Part shown: piece after piece, positions 13,198 through 25,490 of the stretch
Position numbering within the stretch: position 1 is the stretch's first letter
Layout of the letters: each line of letters begins with the position of its first letter
Source: Vicugna vicugna
Lineage: Eukaryota
Assembly: GCA_013265495.1 (NCBI GenBank)
Contig: MU058451.1
Location: forward strand, 1,650,167-1,714,166
DNA length: 64,000 bases
Direction of reading: 5' to 3'
The notes under the pieces: generated by a model
What the model was told of the DNA's origin: nothing
Seen by the model: the letters and a program-made list of their open reading frames with translations, nothing else
Databases searched by the model: none
Translations under genes and position numbers: made by a program

Positions 13198-14649
13198 ACA
13201 TTTTCTACCCTCTGGAGACTCCTTTTCAAGTCAGAGTGCTACCTGCAGCTCTCCCGTTCTGGGCCCACTCAGAACACTGATTCCTCTGCCTCCTCAGTAG
13301 TAGACAGTGAATGCTGAGAGTTTCCTATGTGACATTCAGGTCCAGATTCTGGCTTTGGTATTCCCTAACCAATCCCATTGTTCTAACATGAGTGAATTAT
13401 CCTGATTATGGTCTAAGTCCTATCAAATCAGCTCCAAAAAAATTAGTTTTGTTTTTGTAGCATTTCTCAATGCCAGAAACCCACTTCCATCTGCTGCTTT
13501 AATTCACTGATTACTACAACCCACCTGACACTTATTGACTTACTTTTCCTTGATGCCTATGATATACCAGGTACTCTACTGGACACCTGCACTTCCGTTA
13601 TTTGAAAGCCAGAAGTATTTGGGCAGACAAAGTAGAATCTTATGATAAAGAACTCGAAGTATTTACATGTATTATTAAGACTGAAAGGAAGTGTTAAAAT
13701 AAAACTTACATGATATATTAAAGTTATTGGAAATCTAAAAATCACATGAATTGCTGTTGTACAAAACTCCCTTCTTTGTGTGGTACTGGAAGGTGGGAGG
13801 GGAGTTAAGGTCTAAGATATAGTTTTTCCTCGTTTGCTTCTGGGAGAATATACTGAGATTGTGTTCCTGTGACCTTTGCACTTTAATCACTCTCTAACAT
13901 TTACATTTCTCCTTTCAGCTGATTAACAGGTGAACTGATATAAAACCCTTGAATAAATATGTCTTGCATAAGTGGGACTGATTTACTGGGACTTAGTAAA
14001 ATCGAATTTCCTAAGGGCTCTCACAGCTAAATTTTCTTCAGCATCATCATCATTAATGTGATTATACCACTTCACGTTGGAATCTATAGTGCATGAAAAT
14101 CTTGGTTTAATTTTATTTAAATTCTACCTGTTTCTTTATAAGCTATTTGGAATAAACCAACACACACCAAGACAGAATAAATAACTGCAAAATGTATCCA
14201 CTTTTCTTTCCACTTGACTTCCAGAGGTTAACTTAAAGTAGGAAGTGACACATCTCAGGGTTCAGTTCCTAATGAGACAAGCCAGGGGACACTAGACAAA
14301 GGGTAGGCTACGTGATTTCTTAGAGGAGTGGCAGTGGTGGCAGCAGGGGACAGGGTGGAGGAGGGTGAGTGGGAGGGAGAGGCGGTGAAGGGTGAGCAGA
14401 ATATAGATGTGTGGTCAGAGAGAGCTAGAAGAAATAGCAGATTTGGACTTTACAAATATCTCTGAGTATCTGAGTAGGTTCCACACATGTGCTGTTTACA
14501 AGCTGAGCCACATTAAAATATGCTGAAAATAAGGGAAACTGACTTAGTGACAAAAAGGATAGAGTAGAGATAAATGGAGAAGAATGAAAATGCTAGACTA
14601 GAGCTTAATAACTGAATGGGATTATGTGGTACTATCTCTAAATTCATAG

Positions 14650-15590
14650 GTGTGTCAATTAGAAGCTTTGGCTCTGAAACACAGAAGGCTCAATCCAAAC
14701 TGGCTAAACCACAGTGGAAGTTATTCAGTTATTTAACTAGAAATCCAAAGGTAAATTGGGCTCCAAGATGGCTTAACTAAGCAGCATCAGCTCTACTTGG
14801 CTGTAGTTCTCTTACTTTCCTCTCTTCTAGATGTCACATTCGTCCTTGCGCTGGGAATAGATGGTAGCAGCCGCCCCGGGTCTTGTGTTGATATGTGACA
14901 GCTTACCCTGTTGCAGAAAAAATGTGTTACAGCTCAGTTGTGACAGCAACCTGGATCCGGGCGAGAGACCAAGCAGCACTCAAAGAGTTGGAGAACTCAG
15001 GTTTATTACGCCAGCAGGCCCAGAGGAGTTAACACTCCAAGCTCTGGACCCCGTCCATAGGTTTACACAGGCTTTTATAGGCTGCCAGTTTTTATAGGCT
15101 ATCAGTTTTATAGGCTGCAACATCATATGTAAATAAGGGATAACAAAAGTTGACTAATTAAGAACAAGCTTTGTAAAAATGGACCAATCACGAGGGAGAG
15201 AAATAACCAATCAGGAGTGAAGAAAATAACCAATCAGGAGTGAGCTCAGGGAACCAGTAGAATTTTAGGGGTAAGTAAGCCGTTTCAGAGGCAAAAAGTG
15301 AGTTAGAGCCTCTGGGCCAGGGAGCTGGATGGTGCTGGCAGGAGAGTAGTGGCCCTGCCTGGGGGTCCTGCTGGTCTTTTTATGGGGCTTCCCGCCTCAC
15401 TCCCACAAAGGGACAGAGATTTGTTTCTTGAAGTTCCTAAGAAACATTACCCAAAAACATTCCTAGAAGCCTCCTCTTTAATCTCATTGGCCCATGTTGA
15501 GTCACATGGTCACTCATGAAACAATCACTGGCACAAGAGATGGTCTTCCCTCTCCTTAGACCAGAGGGCCATCTATGAATCTGGGGTTTG
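14650..15590 (-). mobile_element. Old MaLR LTR (MLT1J/K-like) interrupted by a younger LTR
   Basis: tgtgtcaattag...acagaaggctcaatccaaactggctaa on the left and ctcattggcccatgttgagtcacatggtcactcatgaaacaatcactgg on the right of the 14909-15399 insert. Confidence 0.55.
14909..15399 (-). mobile_element. Young solo ERV LTR (ERV1-like, probably lineage-specific)
   Basis: TG...CA termini; on the minus strand, in U3-R-U5 order: CCAAT boxes (15184, 15207, 15230), TATA boxes (15073-15112), AATAAA (15002-15007); CpGs retained. Confidence 0.85.
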
Positions 15591-15929
15591 GTCAACCTGA
15601 GGACTCGTTGGACCTGTCTTGAGAGCTCTTCCAACCATCTGACACTCGGCTGTTTTTCCACTGCTGGAAATAGTTACATTCGAAAATATCTGAGTAGCCT
15701 ATTTTGCAGTGAAGTTTTTTCTATTGTAAGAAGAAAACCCAAAGATTTATTTAGAAATATTTCTTTCTCTTATAATGTACTTTATTGTTTTTTTTATTAT
15801 TATGGAAATGATATTACTCCCTTTAGAGAACTGTAAATACAAAAAGCATAAAGAAGAAAATAAAAATTGTATATAATTTCTCACCACCATTAACATTCTA
15901 AAAATCTCTTGCTACTCTGTTTTCTATGA

Positions 15930-16340
15930 ATATTTGTTTATCCCATATTTTACTGGTTATTAATGATAGAAAGGCATTCCAAATTGATTTAAAGAAAAAT
16001 GAGAATTTATATAGAGCACACTGGGGATATTCCAGAGAATTACAAGGGCAGAACCATACAGGTACGAACATCAGAAACTGGGAAGCAAGTGAGGACATAG
16101 GGAGCAGCAGCTCTGTTCTCTCTTTCTGTAGCCTGGCTTTCTGGGCTTTGGCATGCAGATAGTCAAATGTGGTTGCTCCACAGGTTCCAAATCTATACTG
16201 TATTCTTTCTGCCATTTATTAAAAACAAGCCTAGGTTCCTGGGGGAATCAATCAGTTTCTTCAAGCTTAGACCAAGAGTCCACTCTTTATCCAATCAACT
16301 GTGGTAGAGGAGCACTCGCATAAGACAGCATGGATGCTGA
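15930..16340 (-). mobile_element. Old MaLR LTR fragment inside an L1ME-like remnant
   Basis: ctggttattaatgatagaaaggcattccaaattgatttaaagaaaaatgagaatttat...ccactctttatccaatcaactgtgg; L1-like flanks at 15770-15920 and 16600-16890. Confidence 0.5.
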
Positions 16341-17318
16341 GGGCCCGTGTGTGTGGGAAGTGGATCATCTGTCAGAAAAAGAGAACCCTTGTCCCCTGGA
16401 CAAAGCCTCCAGAGCTTACTACTACATTACCCTCCTGCTATTGCCGCTGCTGCTACCGAGACATAAAACACACCTACACAAACACATAAATGTCACTGAG
16501 ACCATCCTGAACATGACGACATGTAACCTGCCTTTGAAAAAAACTCCCAAACATTCTAACGTGAACATCTCTTATGTGATTATAATTGCTCCCAAAACAT
16601 CATCTTCAGTGGCTCTTAAACATCCCTTCTAATGGATATACCACAACTTAGTTGTACCATATCTTAATTGGAGAATGAATGTTTACACCTTTCCCAATTT
16701 CCTGTTATCATAAATAATACTTAAACAGATATTTTTGTAAAGTGATTTTTGCTTTCATACTGGCTTACTCTCATAGAATGGAGTCTTAATAGTGGAAAAT
16801 AGAGGGGCACAAAACTTACCAAGACTCCATCATTATTTTCCAAAAAGGTTGTACTAAATTACATCTCATGCAGCAATGTCTGAGAGTTCTCATCCTGTAG
16901 AGTGTATCTTTGGTAACATATCTAATTATCCAGAGAGAGTCCCTTCAGTGAATTATACTGTTATATCAGAACACATTATAAGTGCTTAGAATTTATTCTG
17001 TTATTAAAGTAGAATTCCTAAACATTTCCTGCTCCCTACATCCTGCCTAGGTCCCCTGGGTCCCACTCTCCCTCTCCTAAAAGCCTGGGGCCACAGGGCA
17101 TGGCCAGCTGTGAGTGTTGTCCATCCAGCCTTAGAACAGAGTGTGGGTAAGAGGAAGTCTTTTCTGTTCTGCCATGCGTCCCTGGGGAATGGTAATCAGG
17201 AATTTGAATGCCAGGTCAGATTGAGAGTAAATGCTGTCAAACTAACTATCCATCAAGAGAAAGTTAAGGTTGGAAGCCGAAGAGAAGGCGGAGACAAGGG
17301 GGTGCAGGAAGATTGGAG

Positions 17319-17610
17319 GCAGGATCTCAAATGCCTTGAGGGGCCAGGCAGGTGGAGGGTGGAGCAGGCTAGGATGTGGCTAAAGCTATCTGGGAAGCCC
17401 ACGTCTTACCTAAATCACTGCTCCTCAGCCCCAGCAGGTGCTACCCATGGAGATAGCTCAGAGCTTTGAGATTCAAAATCTTTTAGAAATAAACCAGAAA
17501 TGTGGATTTTTATAGAATTCCTGATTTTTAAATATTGTCTCAATTTAAAAAAAAATGTGTCAGACAAACATGTCTATGGTCTATAGATGGACAGTTTGTG
17601 ATCTTTGACC
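17319..17610 (+). mobile_element. hAT-Charlie DNA transposon remnant (MER102-like)
   Basis: ctcaaatgccttgaggggccaggcagg at start; ccagaaatgtggatttttatagaattcctgatttt...cagtttgtgatctttga at end. Confidence 0.55.
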
Positions 17611-18979
17611 TAGGTTAATAAGAAAGCTGGACTGTAGTCCCCTGCTGTGGTCTTTTATGTGATTTTCATAAGCACAGGCACAGTATGGCTGGAAATATTT
17701 AAGTTTCAAGATGGGGCAGTTAAAAGTCAGGCAAATACAAAGGTGGCTGGAAGTTTCAAATGAGATCTGCTCTTGTCCATAAGTAGCAAGACCCCTGGGA
17801 AGGACAAGTCAGACCTCCATTTTATAACAGAAGAGGTAACTTTACCTCGGCTGAGGCCACGTGACACCTCTAGAGATGGTGAGTATTGTCACATTCCTAT
17901 GCAAAGAGTACATCCCCTGTACATGAGCCTCTGGTATAAGATGCTCAGGGAAGTGGTTTCACTGGCTAGCACCAGCACGCCTGGACGCTGTGACGGTTTT
18001 GCCATGTATCACTTCAGCATGTAGATGAGTCCAGATAAGACAGCAACTTGGGATGCTCAGGTCTAAAAATAGAGCCACAGCTTAGTCAACGTTGCCCTTT
18101 AAATTCCATTTCCTTCTAACTTTGCTGGCAGCCAAGTCCTGGGATCGGCATGAGTCTGATCATAAAAACAAGAGCCCATGTTTAGGAAGGAAAACTGATT
18201 TGTGTCGGAAACTGGTGGACATGGCTGTTTTGACTGGCTTGCTGTTCTCAACCTTAGCAATGCCATCTACCCTCAAAGCTATAACACGCATTACATGTGA
18301 AGCCTTTGGGTTCATAGCCTTCCGAGGTCTTTCGTTGTGGGTCAGTTCCCTCAGCTCAGTCGAGTGGAGTCCTCCTGGCCTTGCCTCCTGCATCGCCAAC
18401 ACCAGTGACCACTCCCCTTCTGCCTGGCACTCTCACCAGGTTGGGGTGTGCTGCAAATCTGTCCCTGGTCAGGGAGGGATCACGCTGAAAGAGAAACCTA
18501 TGTTGAAGCACTGAAATCGAGACAGGCACACACATTTCAAGCTGTGTTGCTCCCTGTTGCTAGTAGTGCTGTAGCAGAACAGTCAACATGCAGGCTTTTC
18601 ACACAGACCCATAATTAGAGACTCAAAACCCAGCTCTTGGTGTGGGAGCTCCTGCTTGTCTTTTTGCAATGCTTCATGCCATGTGGGTTTGGATACTGGG
18701 GGACAGAGTTTAGTCTGCCTGCTGAACAAGATGTGCAGTAATATGTCAGCATGCACGTAGTCCAGAATTAGACACTCGGATGAATTCTAAGAAAAGCCCT
18801 GAAGTGAGGGTGGCTTAGGATTGAGGGTCCTTTTTTATTCTCTAGACATAAAGGATTCCATTAATAAAATCTGGTAGGGCCTTAGACTCTCAACTCTCAG
18901 ATGACCACAACTAGTCATGAATAAAAGAATTCTCAGTAAGTATGATACTTAATGAGATACTGCAAAGCACAGGAATTGC

Positions 18980-19420
18980 TATTATTTATTGAGTTCTCAC
19001 TATGTGCCAGGGAGAGTGCTTTATGTGCATTTTCTCATTTAATCTTCATATGAGCCTAGGAGGGGCATAGCACAATAGTTAAGCACAAAACTTCTGGAAT
19101 TAGACTGCTTGGGTTCAAATCCTGACACACTCCTGTGATTAACCATGAAAGATTGAACTGTTCACCACCCGGAGCTTCAGTGTCTGTATCTGCAGTATGG
19201 CCAAACTGGGTCATAGAATCATTAAAAAGATTAAATGGAATAAATCAGACAATGGTCTTAGCTCAGTGCTTGGCACATAACAAATGCTCAATAAATGTTA
19301 ACTATTATATATTGTAATTACTCTAATTATGGGAACCAAGGGTCAGAAAATGTAAGAAAACTGCCCAAGATCACATAGTTACAATTTGAAACACATCTAT
19401 CAGAGGCCAAAGTCCCTGCT
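18980..19420. mobile_element. MIR cluster (plus-strand MIR ~19060-19315 within minus-strand MIR pieces)
   Basis: tttattgagttctcactatgtgccagg; tagactgcttgggttcaaatcctg...gtgcttggcacataacaaatgctcaataaatgtta; aactgcccaagatcacatag. Confidence 0.75.
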
Positions 19421-22045
19421 TTCAGCCCCCCTCGGTAATCATTTCCATGACACATAGATAGATATTCCTGAACTATTTTGCCTCCTGTGTGGATAAATGG
19501 ACTCAAGTCAAGAGGTCGAATAGGGCACATGAAAATGAATGGGAATAAGACATACAGTTGCATAAAGTGTGTCTCTCCCTAAATAGACTGTTAACTCCTT
19601 GACACCAGGGACAATGTCTTATTCACTGTTGTATTTTCAAGGGGTCTTACATGACTTATGTCTCCAGTCCCTTGTGAAGCCCTGTACGTGAACAGGTGCC
19701 CGACAAATACCGAAGGAATGATGCCTTCAGGACTATTTCCAAGGACCATGCTACCATGCAGATTTGTCCTTTCCCAGGCTACTGCTGGATGCAGAATTGG
19801 CCATGGGCTTTGGACTCAGCCCAGCCTTTGCTCCGCAAAGACCAGAGCCTCAGGAAAATAATCTTACTATTCAGATTTCCTTTTTTTAAGATATTACGCA
19901 GTATAACACTCTTCTGTCATGGGAATATTTTGAAATTAATTAGTTTGATATTTTTGGTATGTGCACAGAAAAAAATCAGAGTAAGTGTACACCAAGCTAT
20001 TAACAGGTTATTTCTAAGAGAATATGAGACATTTACTTGCTAATTTTCTGTATTTTGTAAAACATGATTTTCTTTGACAGTGTACATCTACGATTTCAGT
20101 AGATGAGAAAAACAATTCAGATTTTTGAAATAATTAGGCTTAATTTGTTTACACTCATTTTATATGAATTAAATGATCTCTTCTTTGAGATATTTAAGAG
20201 ATACTTTTAACTCATCAGCAAAATCTTTGTCCATCTGGAGGGTTCCCTCTGAGGTGACTCATCAGGCTTTTGCACTGATTTGTATTAGATTTTTAGAGAA
20301 TTGTATCTTCTGAGCTTCTAGGGGTACATAATACTGAGAATCTTCAGTTTCAAGTAACCCAGATGCATTGATGATGCCTCAGGAAACTTAGAGAGAAAAG
20401 TAACCTAGATTCACAATGATGTAGAGTTGACAGGTTCTGGAAGTGATACAATCCAGCCTTTGTTGCCCTGCTGCTCTCTCCTGCACCGGCCTCTTTGGAA
20501 AGCTTCCTGGAAAGGGGAGCTTGGAGACTTAAGAGGTAGCGTTCTCCATGGTTGTGCAGTTTTGTTGAGAAACTTTCCCTGATACATTCAGCTGCAACTT
20601 GCCCTATTGTTGTGTCCGTCTGTTCATCCCCGCTCTGCTCTGTGGAGCTACCAAGACAGGGCTGTGTGTCCAGCACCAAGACTCCCTCCACCTGTTAGAA
20701 TCTGACCAGAGCTGTTTGCTGGTTTGGTGATGTGAGCAGGAGACGACTAGCTGGAAGGAGGAGACGGATGTTGAAGAGTAAGTGGGATGGGCACATATTG
20801 CTCTCCAAAATCAATCTTCATTGTTTCACACAATGTTAAGACACAAAAGGCTTTTTTATTTCTTTTACAGGAGCAAGGGACAAGGTAAACTGGCTATAGA
20901 TGAGGGGGAAAGAGTGTTTGGTCTTACTGATAGATATAGTTTTTAAAGGAAAGACCAAAACATTTAGTCGATAACCTAGGTTGTAGTCCACATCCAGATA
21001 TGAAAATAAAATCTCGGTAGCTTCCACTCATTCTGCTCATAGGCCTAGAGTGTGGGGCCTTTTCAGAGATGGCTGTTCTGTAATGAGACTTCCACAGTGT
21101 TCTAACAACTCTCTACACTTGGACAGAGCCTAGAACTGAACGGCCTCACAGTGAAGTGGACTATGGTGAGAGCACAGAGCACCATCACACTAACCATCTC
21201 GTGTTGCTGTGGGTTTAATGCCTCCACTGGACAGTTATAGTGTCTCTTGATTCCATTACCACAACTTGGCAGGCTTCTGAAAATAAAAATGACCAGATAA
21301 TGAAGTGGAATTGGGGAGGAGGGTGAATTGGGGAGGAGGGTCAACTCGGGAGGTCCTGCACAGATCTACCCTAGCAAGAGATTTCTTTCCAGATTGACTT
21401 GAGGCATTAATCAGCATCCTTAGGACTGAGTTCAGCCAAGGACCAGGCTTGTACTGTCATCTAAAGACCATGTTTCTACTTCTGAGCCACTGGGATATGA
21501 GGAAGACTTTGCCAAAAAGTCTTGCTGGGATTCAGGTGTTGGGCCTCCCCAGTTTTCCCCAGTGTCACCATTCCAATTCTAGTTCCTTTAATAAGCATGT
21601 GACCTTTCCTTTGCCTTTCTGTTGTTTCAGTTCTGAACTTACTAACAGAACAGAAATGACTAATAATTCCTCCACTCAGGAAATAGACCACTCTTTCTGT
21701 TCATCTTGTTCTGCGTAAGCACTTCTTTCACAATGTAGACGACAATGGGAAAGGTTTCCGGAAAATTTAATAAAATGTGGAACAGACAAATTCATAAAGA
21801 TCTACTAGGAGATTTTGTATTATATAATTAGCAGTCCTTGGTGACTTTTGAAAAAGAAGGAAATAAAGTTCCCCACAGGCTGAGGAGAAGGATATTACAG
21901 AAATGACTTTTGAAGAAAAGAGGAGATGGTGAATAAAATAAGGTCAACAGTTGGAGGGATGGCCTTGAAGATGAGAGAGAAACCATGTTCTTCTGAACGA
22001 GGGAAGGAAAAGGGGAGCTTTGAATATACTGAAATGTTAGAGCGG

Positions 22046-22537
22046 TGGTTTAGTCTTCTCTGCATGCTGTGACAAATGACCACAGACTTAATGACTTACA
22101 ACAACAAGACTTATCCCCTTATAGCTATTTAACTGAGAAGTCAGGTCTGGGTCTCACTGGGCCAGCATCAAGGTGTTGGCAGGGCTGCATTTCTTTCCAG
22201 AGGCTTTAGGAGAAAATACATTTCCTAGCCTTTTCCAACTTCTGCATTCCTTGGCTTGTGGCCTCCTCCCTCTGTTTTCAAAGCCACAGTGTCCAGTTGA
22301 GTTTTTCTCACATTGCATCACTCTGACCCTCTTCTGCCTCCTCCTTTCACATTTAAGGACCCTTGTCATTACCTTGACCTCACCTGATAAATCCAGGATA
22401 ATTTTCCTAAAGACATTATTAGCAACCTTAATTCCATCTGCAATCTGGTTCCCCCTTGCCAGGTACGGTAACATATTCACAGCCTCTGGGGATTGGGACG
22501 TGGACATCTTTGGGAGGTGATTATTCTGCCTACCACA
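22046..22537 (-). mobile_element. MaLR solo LTR (MLT1C/D-like)
   Basis: atcaaggtgttggcagggctgcatttc; ataaatccaggataattt; ends attattctgcctaccaca. Confidence 0.88.
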
Positions 22538-23289
22538 GACAGGAAATTGAGGAAACTTGTGTAGAGTGATTTGCTTTTAATTAATGAAATTGAAAGCTTA
22601 AACATTTTCTCAAAGCAAGAAAAAAGAGGATAAGGCTGGAATTGTTTTCATTTTCAAGAAGCTAAAAAAAAGCGCAGGCATCCTGCAGCAGCTTTGGCCG
22701 ACGTTAGCCGTCTACCCTGACACACCAGCGTCAGTTTTATATCCTAATACAAAGATTGGCTTCCCTGTGGTGGCTCAGTTCCCTTTTTATACTTTCTTGT
22801 TTAATGTCTGTTTCTCCTTTAGGCTGTAAAGAACATAGAAGGTTGAGGGGACGATGTCTTTTTGTTCTCAGTTGTATGCCCTGCACCTAGAGTCTATAAT
22901 AGGCTCTAAATAAATATTTATTGACAAATTTAAATAAATCCTACTGGACAGTCTGACATTTCCATACTTGTAAAATTCAAATGGTTTTGCTGGTAATGAA
23001 ATCCAAAAGCTTCCACAATCACCGCAGCTCAGAGGAAGGCTTCTAAATCATATGGTTCAAAGGCTCTCCTCAGCCCTCCAGGTGCACGTTCTGCCTCGTG
23101 GTCACTCCCTCGGTCAGCACGTGCTGTTCAGGTTAGTCCTGGGCACCTACAGACTTGCCAGAGTGGGGTTTATCCTGGTGCCTGATGGTTTAATTTTCTC
23201 ACCAGCATCCAAATCCCTGATTTCAAAAAGGCATATATTAGAGTCTTTTCCTCTGAAAGTATCCAGCAGTTTACCCCCAAGACAGACAG

Positions 23290-23582
23290 ATTTTTTAACA
23301 GCTTTAGTGAGGTGTAAATGATATTTTAAAACTGTGTGTCAGCTTTTTAATCTATATGACATGGTACGTTTTGACATATGTACACCCCTGATGGTACATA
23401 CCCATCACACCTCAAAAGTCTTCTCCTGCCCCTTTGGGGTTTTTTTGTTGTCATCGTTTTTGTTGTTTTTGTTTGTTTTTATTATGATAAGATCACTTAA
23501 TATGAGATCTGCCCCCTAGACATGTTTTCAGACGCACAAGACAATATTGTTAACTGTAGGCACAGGGTTGTACAGCAGATTT
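23290..23582 (-). mobile_element. Old LINE-1 3' end fragments
   Basis: ttttaacagctttagtgaggtgtaaatga; aatattgttaactgtaggcacagggttgtacagcagat. Confidence 0.6.
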
Positions 23583-24279
23583 TATAGTGGCTTCTCAAAA
23601 AGTAATGCTTTTCTTCTTCCAGAGTCTGTAAATTGAGGCATTAACCGTGAGGTGCTCATTGCAGGCTTTCTGGAGCAGCTGTCAGCCATAGGCCCTCCTC
23701 CCCCTTCTCTCCGGGTGAAGTCATCCTTGAAGGGTAGAGGTCGTCCTGACTCTAGAGTGGATCCTGGGAACACTGTTTCATCAACAACAGCCATTACCTC
23801 ATATTAAGTTCCAGCCATGATCCTGTGTGCAATCTGGCCATGACCCTCACAATTCAAGTTACTGTGAACTTGGATTACATCATTCTGAGCTACATAGTTC
23901 CTTCAGACATGAAGTTGGCTCTCCTAACATACTGAGATCAGGGAACTTTCTAAGGGTTGTTTTTCTACTTGTAATAATAGATTTGTGCTGATCTGCCCAG
24001 TTCTTTTTGTGCTTATCTAGAAAAATTAGACCATAGACTTGGGTCAGGAGTATGGTCTGTGATGATCCAAAGTAATAAAGATAAAAATCACTCTTTGGTG
24101 ATTTAACCCTTAATCATATGAGAAATTTTAAGGATTTAAGTAATTTAAAATATGAAATACACAAAGTTCATTTAATTTTGCTCATTAGAAGGTAACCCCA
24201 TTCCGAATCCCATAGATTCTGACAAGAGATTCATGAGAGAGCCTGTGAGTCTTAAAAGGAATACAGTCTTATCTCAATC

Positions 24280-25490
24280 CCTACAACAGAGCACGTTCTA
24301 AATAAATTGAAGAACTAAATATAAAGTTAAAGACTATAGGAAAATGGAAGCAAATATTCATCAAATCTTTAGGAGAAGAAATGTCTAAATATGGAAGCAA
24401 CAGGAGAAATTACAAAAGAAAAGATTGAAAGACTTATATCTGCATAAAACATTTAAATTCCTCCAATTAAAAATATAATAGAAATGGATGTGGAGAAAAG
24501 GGAAGCCTCCTACATTGTTAGTGGGAATGTAAATTGGTTCAGTTACTATGGAAAACAGTATTGAGGTTCCTTAAAAAACTAAAAATAGACTTACCATATG
24601 ATCCAGCAATCCCACTCTTCAGCATATATCTGTAGAAAACTCTAATTCAAAAAGATACATGCACCCCAGTGTTTATAGTGGCACTACTTACAATAGCCAA
24701 GACATGGAGGCAACCTAAATGTCCATCAGCAGACGAATGGATAAAGAAGATGCGGTATATATACAATGGAATACTACTCAGCCATAAAAAGGAATGAAAT
24801 AGTGCCATTTGCATCAACATGGATGGACCTAGAGATTATCATATGAAGTGAAGTAAATCTGACAAAGACAAATATCATGTGATATCACTTGTATGTAGAA
24901 TCTAAAAGATTATACAAACGAACTTATTTCACAACAGGAACAGACTCACAGACATAGAAAATAAACTTATGGTTACCAAAGGGGAAAGGGTGGGGAGGGA
25001 TAAATTAGGAGTTTGGGATTAGCAGATACAAACTACTCTATATAAAATAGATAAACAACAAGGACCTACTCTATAGCACAGGGAATTATATTCAATATCT
25101 TGTAAGAACCTATAATGGAAAAGAATATGAAAAAGAAAAAAATATATATATCTAAAAAACTGACTCACTTTGCTATTAACCAGAAACTAACATAAAATTA
25201 TAAATCAACTATACTTCAATAAAAAATAATAAAAAATAGAAATGGAAATTCAAACAACACATTAGAAGAGAGCATTTGCTTATTATTGATAAGAAAGGAT
25301 TATTAATATTTTTATATAAAAGGTTAACATATTTTGATAAGAAAAGCAGTAAGATTTGATGGGAAAATGAGCAAAAGATGAGAATTACCTTAACTAACAA
25401 AAGAGGAAACACAGCCAGTTTTTAAAAATATAGAAATATGTTCTACCTTGTAGTCATCAATGAAAATTTTAAAAACTAAGATACCACTTC
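24280..25490 (+). mobile_element. Old L1ME-like ORF2 remnant split by a younger L1
   Basis: agaactaaatataaagttaaagactatagg...aaagaaaagattga before, and attaatatttttatataaaagg...tgttctaccttgtagtcatcaatgaaaat after, the younger insert. Confidence 0.55.
24489..25234 (+). mobile_element. Younger 5'-truncated LINE-1 with poly-A and 12-bp TSD
   Basis: tgtggagaaaagggaa...aaaactctaattcaaaaagatacatgcacccca...ttcaataaaaaataataaaa; aatagaaatgga at 24477-24488 and 25235-25246. Confidence 0.95.

Noticed and set aside
14904..15404. Target-site duplications for the young LTRs (also 36308-36867)
   Set aside because: Flanks (taccc/ctccc; agat/atgt) do not match cleanly, so no TSD is claimed and the boundaries may be off by a few bases
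18092..18514. 140-aa plus-strand ORF overlapping an 80-aa antisense ORF in unique sequence
   Set aside because: TTG start, no recognisable domain, and the apparent branch point (ttctaac) is only ~11 nt from the AG at 18130-18131; no convincing donor
23605..23625. Acceptor-like tttttcttcttccAG
   Set aside because: No clear branch point, no convincing donor and no recognisable reading frame
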